DNA of 64,000 nucleotides, taken from the NCBI GenBank assembly GCA_013239625.1, contig MU053379.1:4545229-4609228 (forward strand), in the 5' to 3' direction. Below the pieces are notes generated by a model, which ran no database searches, was not told the origin of the DNA, and saw only the letters and a list, made by a program, of their open reading frames with translations. The DNA comes from Lama guanicoe (taxonomy: Eukaryota). Shown in pieces: positions 62,861 through 64,000 of this stretch (position 1 is the first letter of the stretch; each line of letters starts with the position of its first letter). The translations under genes were made by a program, and so were the position numbers.

Positions 62861-63360
62861 TGATGAGGTTCAGGGCACGCTTCCCCCAAATACGGCACCT
62901 TGGCTTCTCCCGTGTCTTAAGGTGGGGGAGTTTGAGAAGACGGCAGAAGCAGGGACGTCCCTCTGACCTCCCCGCTCCCTTCTACCCTGAAGCAGGAGTC
63001 AAATGTCCCAAGTGAAGGGTGCCCTCTCTGGACCAGGAGGGCAGAGAAAGCCTGGTGAGCAGAGACGGCGATTCAGGGCCAAGAAGGCGGCGTAGACGCA
63101 CCTGCTGCCCCTTCACCCCAACCACGCCGAGCCCAGCCCTCTGCTCACTCTTCACAGGTTTGCTGTGTGTTTGCTGCAAGGTGTAAAAGCTCCCTGCTCT
63201 GGTCACTTCTTTGCGTCTTCATCCTCTTTGAAAGCTCTCACGTACATGTCCAAGGTCAGTAACTTTACATGGTTGCCTCCTATTAATCCACCTTACGTCA
63301 GGCTAATTCTTAGGCCGAGACAGAGACCCGAAGAAGGGAGAGGAAATTCCCCTCCCCTAC
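62861..63360 (+). mobile_element. MER39/MER34-like ERV1 solo LTR
   Basis: TGATGAGGTTCAGGGCACGCTTCCCCCAAATACGGCACCTTGGC ... GAGACCCGAAGAAGGGAGAGGAAATTCCCCTCCCCTAC. Confidence 0.75.
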
Positions 63361-64000
63361 TCAGTCTTCAGGGCTTCATTTCTGAGTGAGGCCCACAACT
63401 CAGTCCTCCCTCACGGAGAGGCCAGGGCTACTTCACAATGCTCTGCGGGGCCACACCTAGTTGGCAAGACCTGGCACAGGGGCCTGCAGGCACAGCGGGA
63501 CCCAGGAGACAGAGCTCAGCGGTGAGGGGGCAGAGAACCATTCTCTAGGAGAAGCACGGGGCGGGGTTGATGACGGGGCTGGACAGTTGAAACCCACTGT
63601 AGGTAAGCGGAACGTATCACTCCCTGTCCCGTGTCCCTGATGCCTCGCATCCCAGTTCAAACGTCACCTTCTCTGTAAGCCTTCCCTGAGGCCCACCAAC
63701 GGCACTTCTCTGTCCAGTCACCTGTGGGGTCTGTCCTGGGGGCCGTCCTCCTCACCAGGTGTAGCGGCAGGGAGAGGGTCTTGCCCGCTTGGCAGGTGTT
63801 TAGAAGTGACACCTGCTGGAATCACGGGAGAGCCCAGTGGGTGTGAAAGGAGGGTCGGGCCTCCACGCAGGGAGAGTCCCCCGGTGGGTCCTTCGGTCAG
63901 ATCATGGGGCCCCTGGAAGGAAGGGGTGTCAGCCTCTGTTTAACTGCAGGCAGAGTCTCCGGGGCAGCCGGTGTTGGCTGGCGAGGGCTGCGGGCTGGGA

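Noticed and set aside
58200-64000. Cystatin-locus exons (CSTL1/CST11) expected by synteny
   Set aside because: No signal peptide, QxVxG-like or PW motifs found. The region is mostly LTR/L1 remnants.

Overview
Mammalian (eukaryotic) genomic DNA, probably camelid, as judged from tRNA-Ala-derived vic-1-like SINEs and cetartiodactyl-type L1 tails. It carries the conserved NXT1(+) - GZF1(+) - NAPB(-) block, syntenic to human 20p11.2. All three CDSs assemble by hand into intact frames: NXT1 140 aa (one coding exon), GZF1 713 aa (BTB plus 10 C2H2 fingers, 5 coding exons) and NAPB/beta-SNAP 298 aa (11 exons, including one GC-AG intron). There are three promoter CpG islands, one orphan island, and many old L1, LTR, Tigger and MIR remnants. 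Most ORFs in the supplied track are GC-rich shadows, often opened at GTG/TTG. I found no prokaryote-type system such as CRISPR or an operon. The most unusual signals are: (1) a minisatellite at the NXT1 exon1/intron1 border built from tandem copies of the 5' splice site itself; (2) patchy, strong AT-to-GC drift in dead L1 DNA and in the GZF1/NAPB proteins, consistent with GC-biased gene conversion; (3) two candidate poison exons in NAPB intron 1; (4) a tentative, very decayed coding remnant upstream of NAPB. Comparisons to human proteins and repeat consensi are from memory, not from searches.
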